From the NCBI RefSeq assembly GCF_009914755.1, contig NC_060946.1: a DNA stretch of 64,000 nucleotides; one strand, given 5' to 3'. Below are positions 45,239-60,009 of the stretch, piece after piece. Positions within the stretch are counted from its first letter, which is position 1; the number at the start of each line of letters is the position of its first letter. Below the pieces are notes generated by a model. It saw only the letters and a program-made list of their open reading frames with translations. It was not told the origin of the DNA and made no database searches. The stretch is from the human T2T-CHM13v2.0 reference genome, Homo sapiens. The translations under genes were made by a program, and so were the position numbers.

Positions 45239-46519
45239 GAGGCAGGGTCTCGCTCTGTTGCCCAGTCTGGTCTCAAACCATCCTCCTGCCTCTCTTCATT
45301 TTGGTATTCCATTAGCTAACGCAGGTAACAATCTCATCACCAGCCTCCTGTGTCTCATTGATATGTGCAGTGTCTCCTGTTAACTTCGAAACTCCCCATG
45401 GTCGCCATATTCATGGGTGGCTTGTAGGCATCTCTGCTTAATGTCTTGCTTTAAATTGAGTTTTAACCCACTTCTTATTCTTCCTTAGTCCATTTCTAAA
45501 CTCTAATCTTATAGAAGTGTGGGTTTGATATTTTACTCATATTTTTCTCTAATATGCAAAAACATAAATATATAATAAAAATTGAAAATAGAGTCATGTC
45601 TCTATTAATGCAAAATCACTTGGCCGACTACGAGTTATGCTTATACTAAACTTTTGGAAGCACTATTTTACAGTTCTCATTTTTTTCAGAAATTAAATAA
45701 TAAATGTGAAGTTTAAAAAATTGTACAGCTCATTCATGCATGAGATATTGTTATTCCTTCATTACATACTTCTGACAAACTTTGAAGTATTAAAAGTAGC
45801 AGTATGTTTCCAGGTAATCTCTTGATAGAGCCCCTGAAGGGTCTATTTTTGTGTGACTTTTTTTGAGATGGTTCAGGATCAGTTTTACCCCCTAAAACTC
45901 CATTTATGGGAAACCAGATTTCTTATGAAAAATCTTAAAAATATTAATATCCTTAGATCCATTCAATGCATTTAAATAAATGTATAAGAAGAAAAAGAAA
46001 CAATTCAGAAGAAAGATAATACTTTACATACAAAATGTCCATGATAGTGTCATATACAAATTTGAGAAACATTAAACTACCTAAACGTCCAATAACATGA
46101 GAATGGCTAGTTTAAACACATATTTTCAGTTTAATAAAAGCTGTATTTTATAAGGTCAGAAACCCTAGAAGATTCTAATCCTTCAAGGATTTTGATTTTT
46201 ACATCTCAACCACTTAGAACAGGGCTTGGCACAAATTGATTCCTCAAAAATACTGGTAGAGGTAAAATAATTCATCACAATGATAGTTACCAAGTTTATA
46301 ATAACATAGAAAACCACTTTATTTGAAAAAAAAGCCAGAGTAAAATATAAAACCTAAAACATTGTCATCTCTATTAAAATGCTCACTAGCTTTGTATGTG
46401 CAAAAATGAGGTGGATTAGTGAAACGTACAGTGTATCCAGGCTACACAAGATTCTGTAGCCACTAATATGAAGTTCACAAGTAACATTCATGGCACAAGA
46501 AGTACTATAGCTAATTCCA

Positions 46520-46800
46520 ATTTGTCTGTGTATGTATTACATATGTAATTACAGCTATACATTATGATTTATTAATAATTATAATTATATGTTGTTTATA
46601 TATTTTATAATACAATATTTAAAATAATATAAATATGTTTATATTTCTATTAGTTATTATAAATTATTTCTATATATTTTATAATACAAATATTTAAAAT
46701 ATAAATATTTTTATATATTATGCACATTTAATGTTCAATTATATACTTACATATTTTATATATGTATATGTATAATATATGTGTATGAGTATATATATAA
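46520..46800. repeat. Extremely AT-rich low-complexity tract within old L1M relics
   Basis: Long TA/TAT/AAT runs with very few G or C. Confidence 0.8.
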
Positions 46801-47254
46801 GACACACACACACAAGACTGGAACTACCCCAAAATATTAGCAGTTGTAAGTAGTGAGACTAGAATAGGTTTTTCTCTTCCCTCCATATTTCACCTTTTTC
46901 TATTTTCCAATTTCTTTCACATGATAAGCATGTATTACTTTTATCCAGACAAAAGAAGAAGCATGAGGTGTGTTTGAAACACGGGCAGTGGGGGAGCCAG
47001 GGAGAGGCGGTGGCCTGGAGGGACGCCGAAGGAGGAAGGGCTGAGATCACATCTCATCAGCTGGTGCTGGATTGATTGTGCCCAAGTCCTCTGGCCTTTC
47101 TCCACAGGAAGTCGTGGCAGGGCTGGTGGGGAAGGACGTGCATTCTCTGGACCAGGCAATGTTTCTTTGCGGGGACAGCTTCTGCTGGAACAGCAGCCCA
47201 GGGGCCCCGCTGAACTCTCCTGGAGGAATGCCTCCTTTCCCTAATTTGCTGGGT

Positions 47255-47540
47255 CCCTCCAGTCGCTAAGAATGATCAGCAGTAATTAAAACTAAGCTAA
47301 TAACCTCCTCACTCTTGACGTTTCTGTGGGGTTTTTGTTCACCATTATCTACATATAGATTAAAAATTGTAATTGGACTGAAGATCGGGTTAGAAAAATC
47401 AACCACCCTCCAACTTGTCGTTTGCCAGGGACTGACACTTTGAAATTTTATTTAATCTGAGAAAATGGAGTTGAACTCTGGCACCCTGGGAGGGGGGAAA
47501 AAAAACCCCCAGCTTTTATCTTAAGGACCAGTGCTAGCTA
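47255..47540. promoter_or_regulatory. Candidate conserved non-coding enhancer
   Basis: TE-free, with TAATTA, TAATTG, TAATCT, TGACA, TGACGT and CTTTGAA motifs. Inferred. Confidence 0.4.
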
Positions 47541-47899
47541 AGAAAATGTTTATGCTCCTGGTGGGCAAGACTGGGGTCTAGATATACACTGGTGCCAGTG
47601 GGGTGCTGGGAGCCGCTGTAGGGTACAGCAGTCCTGAGGTATGGAGCGGGGGCATCCACAGAGACAGCCACAGAAGGGGAAAAGATGGAACACCATATAA
47701 AGAAGGTTTAGGGAGAGCACGGCCACCTCCCGGAGAGGATGCTGTGTCATTTCATAAAGACTTGGGCTGTGTAAGCCCACTGAGTCCCACGTGCTGGCAG
47801 AGTGATGTTATTGGTTTATAATTCTGTGGTTTCAGGCCTCTGCAATGTTGTGGCTAAACAGCTCCATCTTATATTTTTCTGGTTTCCATAGGCCTTATA

Positions 47900-48042
47900 T
47901 TTATTTTATTTTTTTCTTTTTGAGACTAGGGTCTTGCTATGTTGCCCAGGCTGGGCTTGAATTTTTGGACTCAAGCACTCTTTCTTCTTTAGCCTCCCAA
48001 GTAGCTGGGGCTACAGGCTCTTGCCACCATACCCAGCTTTGG
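47900..48042 (-). mobile_element. FLAM-type Alu monomer
   Basis: 'gggtcttgctatgttgcccaggctgggcttgaa...gcctcccaagtagctgggg'. Confidence 0.8.
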
Positions 48043-48553
48043 TTCCCATAGTTCTCTGCAATACTGAAGCACTTGCCTCCACTTTCCTGGGTCTATCAGA
48101 CAGTGTTTCTCTATCTCTAGGAGTCTGTGCTCCTGGGAGTCTATGGTGTGAGGAGTCTAAAAGTCAGTGATGATTATATTGACTTTAAAAGGTGGAGAAC
48201 TGTCAGACTTGCCCAGCTGCTTCTACTATGGCGTCATTAATTTGTCTAAATCGAAACCCTTAAACTGATATTAATTCTTAGCCCGAGTCCCCACGGTGAT
48301 GGGCCAGATGAAGAAGATTTCTTTCCAATACACAATGTGGCCATGTCATGCCCCTGCTTAATGTACTTCACTGGGGTCTCATGGCCTCATTGGATTGAGC
48401 CCAGCCTCCTGATGATGGCTTCAAAGCTGTTCCAGGTTTGCCTTGTGGATCTCCCTCTTTCCTGACTTAGCCTCTGAATCTTCGCCGCTCACTCTCCCCC
48501 AACAAATGCTCACTCTCCCTTCCTTCCTCTCTTCTCCTTCTCTCTCCCCCCGC

Positions 48554-48596
48554 TCCCGACTACACGCAGTAGTTCCCTTACTGCGTGTAGTCGGGA
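48554..48596. repeat. Perfect 18-bp inverted repeat with a 7-nt spacer
   Basis: tcccgactacacgcagta - gttccct - tactgcgtgtagtcggga. Confidence 0.95.
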
Positions 48597-49185
48597 ACAG
48601 TTCTACTTACTGTTCCCTCTGCCTAGAATTACCCACTCTCCACTCCATTCCCCCTCCTCATGGCAATTTGCCTGCTTTCATCCACCTAATTTCTATTAAT
48701 CTATCAGTTTTCATGTTGGATTCACCTTCTCTGCAGAGTATTTGTTGTCTTCCCAAGTCTTGTTTTCTGCTCCCTCAGCCCCCCATGGTGGCTCTGTGAC
48801 AACTCTGGTATGACTCTGCCCACTTCCCCCACCAGCATCTCCTTGAAGGCAAGAATGCTTTCTTGTTCACTATTATATCTCCCAGCCCATGATGCAATAT
48901 TGAATGAATGAAAGAATGAGTGAATCTGTGTGCCAAAGGCAGAAAACTCACAACTTTTTACTGTTGGAATGATACGTACTCATTTATTTACTCACCTCAG
49001 AAGGATTTGTTGACTGTCTACTTTGTGCCATGTGCCGTGCCGAGCCCTGGTGGGCAAGAGAAATAAAAACAAGTCGGTGCTGTTTCTGTGGTGTATGGGG
49101 AAAACAGACCAGAAGATTGATTGGGATTAGATTTGGGGGAAGAACATTCTAGGCGAGAAGAAACATTTGTGAAAAGACCTTGAGG

Positions 49186-49511
49186 GGCCAGGGGCAGTGG
49201 CTCACGCCTATAATCCCAGCACTTTGGGGGGCCGAGGCAGGGGCGGATCATTTGAGGTCAGGAGTTTGAGACCAGACTGGCCAACATGGTGAAACCCTGT
49301 CTTTATTAAAATTACAAACATTAACCAGGCGTTGCCGCACTCACTTGTAATCCCAGCTACTCGGGAGGCTGAGGCATGAGAATCGCTTGAACCCGGGAGA
49401 TGGAGGTTGCACTGAGCCGAGACTCCAGCCTGGGCGACAGAGTGAGACCTCGTCTCAAAAAAAAAAAAAAAAGAAAGAAAGAAAGAAAAGGAAAGGAAAG
49501 AAAGAAAGAAA
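49186..49511 (+). mobile_element. AluS SINE with (GAAA)n tail
   Basis: Alu consensus with small deletions; TSD gaaaagaccttga at 49171-49183 and 49512-49524. Confidence 0.92.
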
Positions 49512-49879
49512 GAAAAGACCTTGAAGAAGGAGAGGGAGAGACACAGTCTTGAAACAGAAAGGCGCCGTGGGACTGGGGCATTGAAGGATAGGAAGAGGAT
49601 CCAAAATGAGCTCAGAGTTCCGCGCAGCACCCAGATCAGGAAGACCTTACAGGGTTTCCAGCATGGAGCGACAGGATTAACCACGCACTGTGAAAAGATT
49701 GTTAAATGACTAAGTCCGTGTGTAAGCTACAGGCAACCCGTGTCTCTTTATTCTGAGACTAATCATTCTTATCCTTCCTGCTTGTCACTTTAATCTTTCC
49801 AACACACATTCACCTCCTGACGTGGACTGTTGGCTTTCATCTGCCTAGAGAGCATTCCCATTGCCATTCTCCTAGAAAT

Positions 49880-50280
49880 AGACCGGGCTCACCTTGGCTG
49901 CAGAAAGTGGTTAGTTACGTGGTCCAGGGCTGACCAATCACAGCATCCAATACCTCTGATGACAGTGATTGGTCCGTGAGGCAAGCACATGACCCAAGCA
50001 GAGCCAATGAGAGCCTTATCCGTGAGATGGGTATTTGAACCTGGCAGCACAAACTCTTTTTCCATTGAGGTTTGTAGGGAGGGTACCAGACACATTAGAG
50101 AAGGTGTGTCTGGAGTAGGAGACAGTTAAGGCCACTGTGATGAGTTGAGGAAAGAACAGATAAAGGGAGAAACATGAAAACTTTTCCTTTGAATGTTTGA
50201 ACTATTCGGTATCCAAACTAATGTTGAAAACCAATTAATCTCTCCTTTCCCCATTAAGCGTGTTTACCTTGGGTGTCTGT
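49880..50280 (+). mobile_element. MLT1K/L-like old MaLR LTR
   Basis: 'gaccaatcac...gtgattggtc...cacatgacccaagcagagccaatgagag'. Confidence 0.55.
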
Positions 50281-50637
50281 CATTCCATCCAAGCAAGTCC
50301 CAACTCACTCGTCCCGTACCTGATTCCCAGACCTCTTCAGACGCAGTCAGAGAAAGCATCTTGTCTTCATTTTATAGAGGAGGAAACTGAGGCAAAAGGA
50401 AACTACCCGAGTTTATGCATAAAGTTCGTAGTAGAACTGGAATCAATCGACCCATCACCCCTTCTATCAATCAGTCACATCACAGTAATGAATTTACTGC
50501 TACCGAACTGTGCACTTAAATATGGTTAAAATAATACATTTTATGTTTGTTATATTCTACCACAATAAATAAATATTTAGTCTCTAGGCTTCTCAGATCC
50601 TTTCCATGGAATTGAATGAGTGGACACAACAGAGTAG

Positions 50638-50991
<354 letters not shown>

Positions 50992-51164
50992 TAGACAAGC
51001 CTCAATTTCAGTTACTCTGTCTTAGAGTCCCCCTCAAACCACCCTAATGGCTCACTAATGTTAACTGAGAAATACTTTCTAAAAGTTTTTCCATTTCTAG
51101 AAATAATAAAAAAATCCATTATAGCCACAGTTCTTGATTTTTCATGTGAAAGGCACTGTAATGA

Positions 51165-51937
51165 CTCAGTTGTGTGCTGATAAATGTTTAACAAGCGGCT
51201 CTCTGAAGGTAGCTCTGACATGAATGCTGGTAGATATTTTTGTTTACCTTAATGAGTCAGGCAAAAACAACAAAGACGTATGTTGGTACTTCATTCGTTG
51301 TCAATGACGTGAACAATTTCTTTGCTGAACTGAATACAGATGCTCTTCCACTTATGTTGAGCTTACATTCTGATAAACCTATTGTAAGTTGAAAATACTG
51401 TAGGTCGAATATTGTAAGTGCATTTTTGATTTTGCACTATTGTAAACTCAGACAAATTCTAAGTCCAACCATTGCTAAGTTGGGGACCATTTGTAATGGT
51501 TTTTAAATAATAGAAGAATGTTTCCTCAGCTGTCTGTACCATTCACAATATAATGGCCACAGACACATAATACCTTTAAGTTTAACCTGTCTTATTAACA
51601 CTCTGTACATCACTTTCTTAAATCCAGACAATCAACAAAATGATCAAACCCTGATTTGCAGCACTGGCCATTATCCCTGGTATAAATATTCCCATTGTGG
51701 CTTATTTCAAGCTACCAGTGTGACGTCATTGAATGTGGAGTTGGGGAGAGATGCATAGATACCATTATATGTGTTTCAACCATATAGGTACAATTCATGC
51801 TAATAACTAGTGTACTCCATACAATTGTAAGCTTATATAATTTAATTTTATGATTGCATTTCACAAGCTGCTCATAAAATTCCTGAAAATTTAATGATTA
51901 GCTCTTGTGGGCTGGTATGAGCTGCACCCAGCACACT
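51165..51937. mobile_element. MER63-like hAT element
   Basis: Termini 'cagttgtgtgctgataaatgtttaacaagcggctctc' and 'gagctgcacccagcacactg'. Confidence 0.6.
51337..51493. mobile_element. Tigger-derived MITE (MER47/Tigger5-like) nested in the hAT element
   Basis: TIRs 'cagatgctcttccactta' and 'taagttggggaccatttg'; TA on both sides. Confidence 0.7.
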
Positions 51938-52359
51938 GCTATAAATCACTGTGGCCATGTACTTCCTGCTCAGTGGGTAATAAATGGCAAAGACCCCATG
52001 CCATAGTTCAGATGGCCTTTTGTCTTCTTCCTGGGAAGTTCTTTTTACACTGGAGGCTCCTTCTAAGGGCATCCTTCCTGTCCGGATAAAGCAGGACTTT
52101 ACCTTTCTTCTCTTCCAAAAGCCTCTCTTTTTTCCCTTCATAGCACATAGTCACAGTTGGCAGCAACGTCTCCTTTTGGGTGTGGATTTATTTGTTCCCC
52201 AATGCAACTGTGAGCACCATGAGTGCAGGAAAGTGCCTGTTTCTGATCATGGTATTTCCTTGGTGTGACTTCATGTACAGTCAAGAGGAGAAACTCTGAG
52301 TGGGAGCACTAGGGAATAGTTGAAGCTTAATCTTCATTTTGGAGAAGAGGGAGTGTTAT

Positions 52360-52850
52360 TATCCACGTTCATTATTCACAGTAGCAAATTTCACAGTAGC
52401 AAAAAGGTGACAGACACTCAATTGTCCATCGACAGATAAATGGATAAACAAAATGTGCCATATCCATACAGTAGAATATTACTCAGACATAAAAAGGAAT
52501 GAAATTCCGATGCGTGCTACATGTAGACAAACCCTGAAGGCATGATGCTATGTGAAATTAACCAGTTACAAAAGGACAAACACTGGATGATTCCATTCAT
52601 AGGATGTGCCTAGAGCAGTCAAGGTCATAGAGGTGGACAGTAGAATAGTGGTTGCCTGGGGCTGTGAGGAGGAGGAAATGGGGGGTTCATGTTTACTGTG
52701 TACAGAAGTTCTGTTTGGCAAGATGAAAAAATTCTGGAGCTGGATGGTGGTGACAGTTGACAATAATGAACTTAATGCTACTGATCTGTGTACTTAAACA
52801 TGGTTAAAACAATACATTTTATGTTTGTTATATTTTACCACAATAAACAG
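52360..52850 (+). mobile_element. L1MB-type LINE-1 3' end
   Basis: 'aatggataaacaaaatgtg...ataaaaaggaatgaaatt...gttatattttaccacaataaa'. Confidence 0.88.
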
Positions 52851-53994
52851 CTACTTAAAAGTCTCTAGGCTTCTCAAGTCCTTTCCATGGAATTGAATGA
52901 ATGCTTGTTTCTTTATTTGGACAAAACAAAGATGACACAATAATAGAGTGAGGATGATGATGATGATGGTGATGATGGTGGTGACAGTAACAGGTACAAT
53001 AAATTGTGCTCCTAGAATGACCCAGGTTTGATTCAAAGTGTTTCTTATGCATGAGCACTGTAAGTCCACCTGTGAGGAGGAGATTATTACATCTGTCTTA
53101 GGAATGGGGAAACTGAGGCTCAGAGAGGTTAAGTGACTTGCCCAAAGCCACACAGCTTAAACCCAAGGCTAGTTGACTTTGAAGCCCATACTTCAAACAC
53201 ACCCTCTCTGTATCTTTATCTTATTTAGAAGGTAAAACAGCCACAGGACCTTTTCAATGACAATTCCTTGCCATTTTCCTCCCAGGGTCACCTTCCAGCC
53301 GCAAAGCCACAACACTCCCACTTCCTTTGCCTCCCTTGGCTCTCACAGAGCTTGGCTAAATCCAGTGCTAAGACTGAGTTGTCAAACAGGAGATAGAAAG
53401 AGAGAAAAAGCAATTTCTTCCATTTCTTGGCTCAATCCTATGCAGTCAATACTGTTAACAGTAAATCAAATAACAAGACTGCATTGACCCAGGAAAAGGC
53501 CAAGAAGAAAAAAATTCAGAGCAGAATCCAAAAAAGTAGAAAATAAAGTTCGGCCATAGGCATAAATCATACCTGGAGAACTGAGCCCACAGCACCAGCC
53601 TCAGGATGAGCCTGAGCTGCCCCCGAAAGCTGGGTCCCAAAGACCCCTGCTTTTGACTTTCAACTTTCTAGGACCCCTGTTTCTGGTAGATCCAGGGGAA
53701 AGGAGATCGCTCAGGGACGGGTTGAGGATATCTGATTTGCGGTCCCTCTGATTTGGGATGTCACTCCTCAACCCTGGGCTGAACTGGGAAAGGGGATCTG
53801 CAGAAAATGACTTTGGGAGAAAGTCCCCTTTGACTGCTCCCCTAACCCCTGCATTCCTTCTGGCATGCTGATCTTTTCAAGTTTCACAGTGCTGGATGCC
53901 AGCTCCAAAAAGAAAGAGGTTCACATGCTCTAAAAAGTATTCAATCTTGTCTGAGCCATGTTGCTGCCTGAACTATGGCTTCTTTAAATTAATG

Positions 53995-54560
53995 GAGTCA
54001 TTCAACAAACATTTATGAAGCACCCACTGTATGCCAGGCATTGTTCTAAGGCCTTGGGGATTTAGCTGGGAACAAAATAGGCACACATTCCTCACTTCAC
54101 TGAAGCTACATCCTAGTGAGTGGTGGAAGATGATAAAACAAGGTTTGTATACTATGTTGGACAGTAATAGATGCTATGAGGAAACAAAGAAGGTAAAATG
54201 GGTTTCGTGTGTTTGTTGGGGATGGGGAGAGTCCAGTTTAGTTAAGGAAAAGAGACATTTGAGCAAAGACTTCAAAGGAGGCGAGGATGTGAGCCGTGGG
54301 GGTATCTGGGAGAAGGGTGTTTCAGGGACAGGGATCAGCAGGTGCAAAGGCTCTGAGGCAGGACGTGCTGGGGGCCTTTTGAAAAAAAGTGAGATATTAC
54401 TGGAGGAAGTGAAGGGAGAGGGTGGCAGATGGTGAGGTCCAAGTTGGAGAGGTGACCAAGGGACCAGATTCTGTAGGGCCTCTGGGTGGATGCAGGGACT
54501 TTGGCTTTCCTCTAGGTGAAGTGTGGATTGTTGGGAAATTTGGAGCTGCAAAGGGACCTA
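53995..54560 (-). mobile_element. L2 relic
   Basis: 'tcattcaacaaacatttatgaagcacccactgtatgccaggcattgttctaagg' followed by L2 body motifs. Confidence 0.8.
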
Positions 54561-54901
54561 ATCTATTGGGTTTTAGCAATAAATGTTTACTTGTCAGTTT
54601 CTTCAGCCATGTGCTCTGACTAGTTAAGGTCATTAAAAAAATAGATGGAATTGCATGGGAATTTGTACATCCCTGAGAAGCACTCTCTGTGAAAATAACC
54701 TCCGATGCCCTGGCACATTCTTGGCTCTCAATAAATGCTCAAACATATTATTTGACCATAGAGAGAGGTCAGGATGGATGTTCAACAAAGAGTTAATGGT
54801 GCTTCCTTGGGAGAGTAGCTGGAATGAGTGTGGCAAGTAAAGGTTAATTATCTCTTTTATTTCTCTTTGTATTCATCAGATTGTTTTTTCAATTTTTATA
54901 G

Positions 54902-55196
<295 letters not shown>

Positions 55197-56207
55197 TATA
55201 GCTTTTTTTTTTTTTAAGGCAAGTTGAATGGGTGGGTGAAGACTAGGAGCTCTGTTTTGAGTTCTGTGACCTTGGTTCTGCCACTTGTGATTCTGAGCAT
55301 TCATTTGCTCATATTTTTCACGAGTTAAAACTCTAAACTCTAATAGCTGCTTATGAAGTTTTAGGGGGGATAACAATGTAAATGGAATACGTTGTTCAGT
55401 GCCTGGCATAGAAATCAACGCTGATTTTAGTTTGCAAGGAGCCATGTAAGGTTTTTAAGGAGAGAAGTGAAGGCAAAAGATCTGGGTTTTAGAAAAAAGG
55501 ATCACAGGGGTGTCCGTGCTAGTCTCCAACTACTGCTCTGAGCAAGCTTGGCCTCCTCCCTCTCCCTGGGCAGCTAGGGGCAGCTGGCCATTCCTTCTCC
55601 CCTTGATTTCCCTACCCCAGCCTAGTCTTCTCCACCCTTCCTGGGGAAAGCCAACCCCTTGCCTGGCAGGCCTCCCGGCAACCAAAGGACTTCTTTGAGG
55701 GAAGAAGCCACGTTACCCAGAAAAAATCAATAGAATCTTTTTCCAGGCAAATTTCAGAGACTTGTGAGAAGCAGCAGCAGCCTGGGAACTTGTCTCCCAT
55801 TCAGCGTAGGAACCTCTTGCACAGCATTTGGCTATGAGGCCCTCAAAGTGGACACGTGTTCGTATCTCCTTTTCAGCAACTGCCCCGCTTTCTGGTAACA
55901 GCATGCCATCTTCCTTGAAAAGCCACCCTTGGCCATGCCAAGCCCAACAACATGGGTAGAGGTGACTCCTTCTCCTCCCTCACTGGAGGTAGGCATGGCC
56001 AGTGAACCAGGTCTGAGCCAATCGAGTACTGCTGCCCTCAGCCTACAGTGATTGATTCAGAGATGAGACTCAAGGCCCAATATAGCCAAGGAGGGCCAGC
56101 CGCAGGATTTTGGTTCAGTCTGATGATGTAACAGTCAGAGTGGACTGTGATATGCTGCAATATAACTAATACCTCCTAAATTCTCAGTTACAGTGACTCA
56201 GGTTTTT

Positions 56208-57407
<1,200 letters not shown>

Positions 57408-60009
57408 TAAAGCAAGGGACATGCCTGACCTGCTGGGTCCATAGTTACTGCTTAGCTCCGAGAGTATTGATTTTCCCCCTGTCCAATGTCTTCAACCCTA
57501 TTCATTGTGTATTCAACCAGGATTTTCAAGGCTTGACTCAAACACCTGCCATTCAGAGATTCCTTCTCAAACTCATCTCATGGCCAGCACCTCTCCGTCA
57601 TCTTAGCACAGAGGGAAGCACAAAGTAGGGGCTGTGCTCAGTGCCCTGTCAGTGTCTAGCAAAGGCCTAAGCACTCAGTAGGTGCTATGCTCAGTGTCAC
57701 CCAAGGTGCTTTGCAGTGTCAGGCACAATAGTGGATGTTATTCTCTGTACCATCGGCAATGCCCATCCCAGTACCAAGCACATAGTGTGCTCTTTCTTTG
57801 CTGTTTCCTTTCCCTGAGTGTTTCTAGCAGTGTATCTCCAGGAAGTTATGCCCCAAGACACTTCCTCCAGGTCCTCAGCCTCTTGCACGTTGGGACTTGG
57901 AATGTGCCACCTGGAGCTGCTATCAGGGTGCAGTCGGCTGAAATAGGTGGGGTGAGGCAAGCAGTCCTTGAAAAGATGGTCCAGGGCTGTCCTTCCCTGT
58001 GGGGGTCATCTGGGGTCAGTGAGCAGCGACTTGGCTTATGCATTTCCTCCCAGGGCCCCAGACAAAGAGAGAGTCCTTGGCAATGCGGTTACCTTGACAA
58101 CTCTTTGTGTTGGAGAGTGAGAGAGAGAGGGGGAGGAAGGCAGCTCAGGGAAGCGGGGTGGCTGCTGGGGGAGGGGGAAGGAGCAGGGAGGAGCTGGAGG
58201 AGAAATCCACCTTTAAAAGGGAAGAGAGAAATGACTCCACTTCTGGGCAGAGGGAAGGAAGTGTCTTTATGGTGCAGGATGGAGGCTGGTCTGGGTGGGA
58301 CATCCTGCCTCTCCTTCTCACCCCATCTAGAAATTCTGCCAGCAGTCTTAACATCCAGAGAACTAGGTCTGAGTCCCAGCCCTTCTTCTAACTTTCTATG
58401 TGACTTTGTGCAAGTTACTTTCCCTCCCTGAATCTGAATTTCCTCTTGTATAAAATAGGGATAATAATCCACAAGGTGACTGTGAGCATTAGCTGAGCAT
58501 TTCAGGTAAATGAATAGTAGTGGGCCCCTAGTGAGTGTTAACTCCCTGGGGGCCATTATTCATTTGGTATTTTCTTAGTGGTAACCTGGGCTTAGTCAAG
58601 TGACTCCCTCACCTTGGTCAGTCTCTTTACCCAAAAAGATTGTAGAATTTCTATGGAACTTGCCAGAAGCTAAGTGGGTGCTGCTGGTAGCTATGGTTAC
58701 TGATGTTCCTGCCAGACTCTTGACATTGGTGGTGGGGGTGGGGGTGTCAACATTACTGGAATTATTAATTCAGAATATTATGGGTCATCATTGTGCAGAG
58801 GAGACCGATGCTCAGAGAGGGGTGGGGAGTCTGAGGTGTGCTTGAGGAAGAGACCTGGGAGAGGTGACCAGTGTGGGGGACACTATGTTGCCCAGCCCTC
58901 TGCATTCTGTGTCCGAGGGCCCCCCAGAGCCCCAGGACTTATCCTGACCCACCCCCCCAACCCTGTGTCATGCAAGCCCAAAAGCCAGCGTCTCTTCCTG
59001 GCTGCCCAGGACTGCTGAGATGCAGGAAGGTGGGCATCTGAGGTGTCAGTGGGAGACTGTTGGGGGTAGGGGTGGGAACCCTGGCTTCCTGAGAGCAGGA
59101 ATGGTGGACATGTGGGACCCTTCTGCTGGGGTGGGGCCGGGTGCAGTTCCTCTCCTGCCTGAGGCACCCCATTCCATCACTTGCTGAGGCCTGAGCCCTT
59201 CAGCCACCATCTGGGGGATGCAGTCACAGCGGGAGATCGTGCTCCCCACTGTAAGTTGGCAGCCTGTTTATCAGTCTGGCCTAAGAGGTGCAGCTTTCCG
59301 AGTGATTTCCCAGATCCTGATCCACCCCAGAAAATGAGCACATGGAGTCTCGACACTCCCTGGGACCTCACTTAGCTCCCCAGAGCCCTTCTGTCTGTCT
59401 GTCCATCTCTCTCCTGCTTTAAGGAGTTGTCCTGTCCCTGGGCAGACAGACTCCCAGGATCTGCTGGGAAAGACCCGTTGGGCTCTGACCCCAAATGGTT
59501 TCTGATTGCTGGAGGGATGCACCTCTTAACAGCTATGTTCTATGCATGTTACCCGGGGGCAGGGGCAAACAGGAAGTGCTTCTGGTGTTCAGAGGGCTGG
59601 AGGAGTGAAGGGTGGGGGGCTGCCTGGAGGAGGTGGCATGCTTCTGGAACAGATGAAAGAAAACAGTAAGTGTCAGAGCCAGGTCCTTTCAGGACACTGT
59701 TAGTGGTGGACAGTGATGATCTCCATTTTACAGATGAGCAAACTGGGGCTCAGAGACATTAGGGACCTGATCCAGGTGGTCCAGAGGCCAAAGAGGCCAG
59801 GTTTGAAGCTGGGTCTGTTTGATCCAAACCTGGGGCTTGTTTCGTTGTGCCCTGGTGCAGCCCAAGATGCGCATGTCCAGGCGGAAGATGTAGCCAGGTT
59901 AGCGTAACATTGGGGATTCAGGAGGAGCCTGGTTAAGGGGAGTAGAGGGCATGAGAGGAGCGATACTAGCCAGGAGGGGGCAGATGGGAGAAGAGTTTGT
60001 ATTTAATGC

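Noticed and set aside
44899-45383. Poly-E/R and poly-L/P/S ORFs resembling protamine or signal-peptide proteins
   Set aside because: Translation of the polypurine/polypyrimidine tract
49932-49975. Inverted CCAAT pair gaccaatcac...gtgattggtc
   Set aside because: Looks like an intrinsic feature of the old MLT1K/L-like LTR; a similar arrangement occurs near 56020-56060
52950-52990. Poly-His ORF on the - strand
   Set aside because: Translation of a (GAT/GGT)n microsatellite
57682-58431. Longest ORF in the track (249 aa)
   Set aside because: Starts at GTG, has no recognisable domain, and overlaps L2-tail-like and MIR sequence; consistent with a chance ORF in GC-rich DNA
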